Positions 46,572-46,740 of a stretch of DNA of 46,740 nt are shown here, piece after piece (the first letter of the stretch is position 1; each line of letters starts with the position of its first letter). A program made the position numbers and the translations under genes. The DNA is from Octopus sinensis. Taxonomy: Eukaryota. Below the pieces are notes generated by a model, which had not been told where the DNA came from, did no database searches, and worked only from the letters and a program-made list of their open reading frames with translations. The stretch spans positions 1 to 46,740 of the forward strand of contig NW_021835226.1 of the NCBI RefSeq assembly GCF_006345805.1. Direction: 5' to 3'.

Positions 46572-46740
46572 CTAGGATTTGGAGAGCCCATGACACGTTT
46601 CGTTTTCTCGTGGTGCAAAAAATAAAACTATCAAAAACTCAAAATCTTCTGTGTCTCAAGAGCTTGAACGCAAAGATGAAATCCGTATCAAAGATGAGGA
46701 AGGGTCACACTCCTCTCAAGTCTCTTTGAACAATCCAAAC

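Overview
AT-rich eukaryotic (animal) genomic DNA with no prokaryotic features. It holds four host genes whose introns are only 25-35 nt: a 3' part of an unidentified gene (about 1.3-2.2 kb, +), a SYCE2-like synaptonemal complex gene (2597-3013, -), WDR83/MORG1 (10150-11237, +) and a very compact huntingtin without polyQ (24999-34157, +). The rest is mostly transposons and satellites. There are two near-full-length CRE-clade RT+RLE retrotransposons with an N-terminal PHD finger and four shorter CRE fragments. Also present are two copies of a non-autonomous Helitron plus an isolated Helitron terminus, hAT/Buster, pogo/Tigger and MITE remnants, many decayed APE-type LINE pieces and two R4/Dong-like RLE remnants. 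Two large tandem arrays occur: a 51-bp telomere-motif array and a roughly 75-bp higher-order array. The most striking structure is a 6.8-kb unit (11854-18671) bounded by about 53-bp TGT...ACA inverted repeats and a 5-bp TSD (Ginger-like); it encloses a probably intact PHD-CRE retrotransposon and the telomere-like array. Tiny introns together with HTT and SYCE2 suggest a strongly reduced animal such as a myxozoan, dicyemid or orthonectid; this is inference only. Recurrent single-base deletions in homopolymers suggest long-read consensus errors. All family assignments come from motif recognition by eye; no searches were run.
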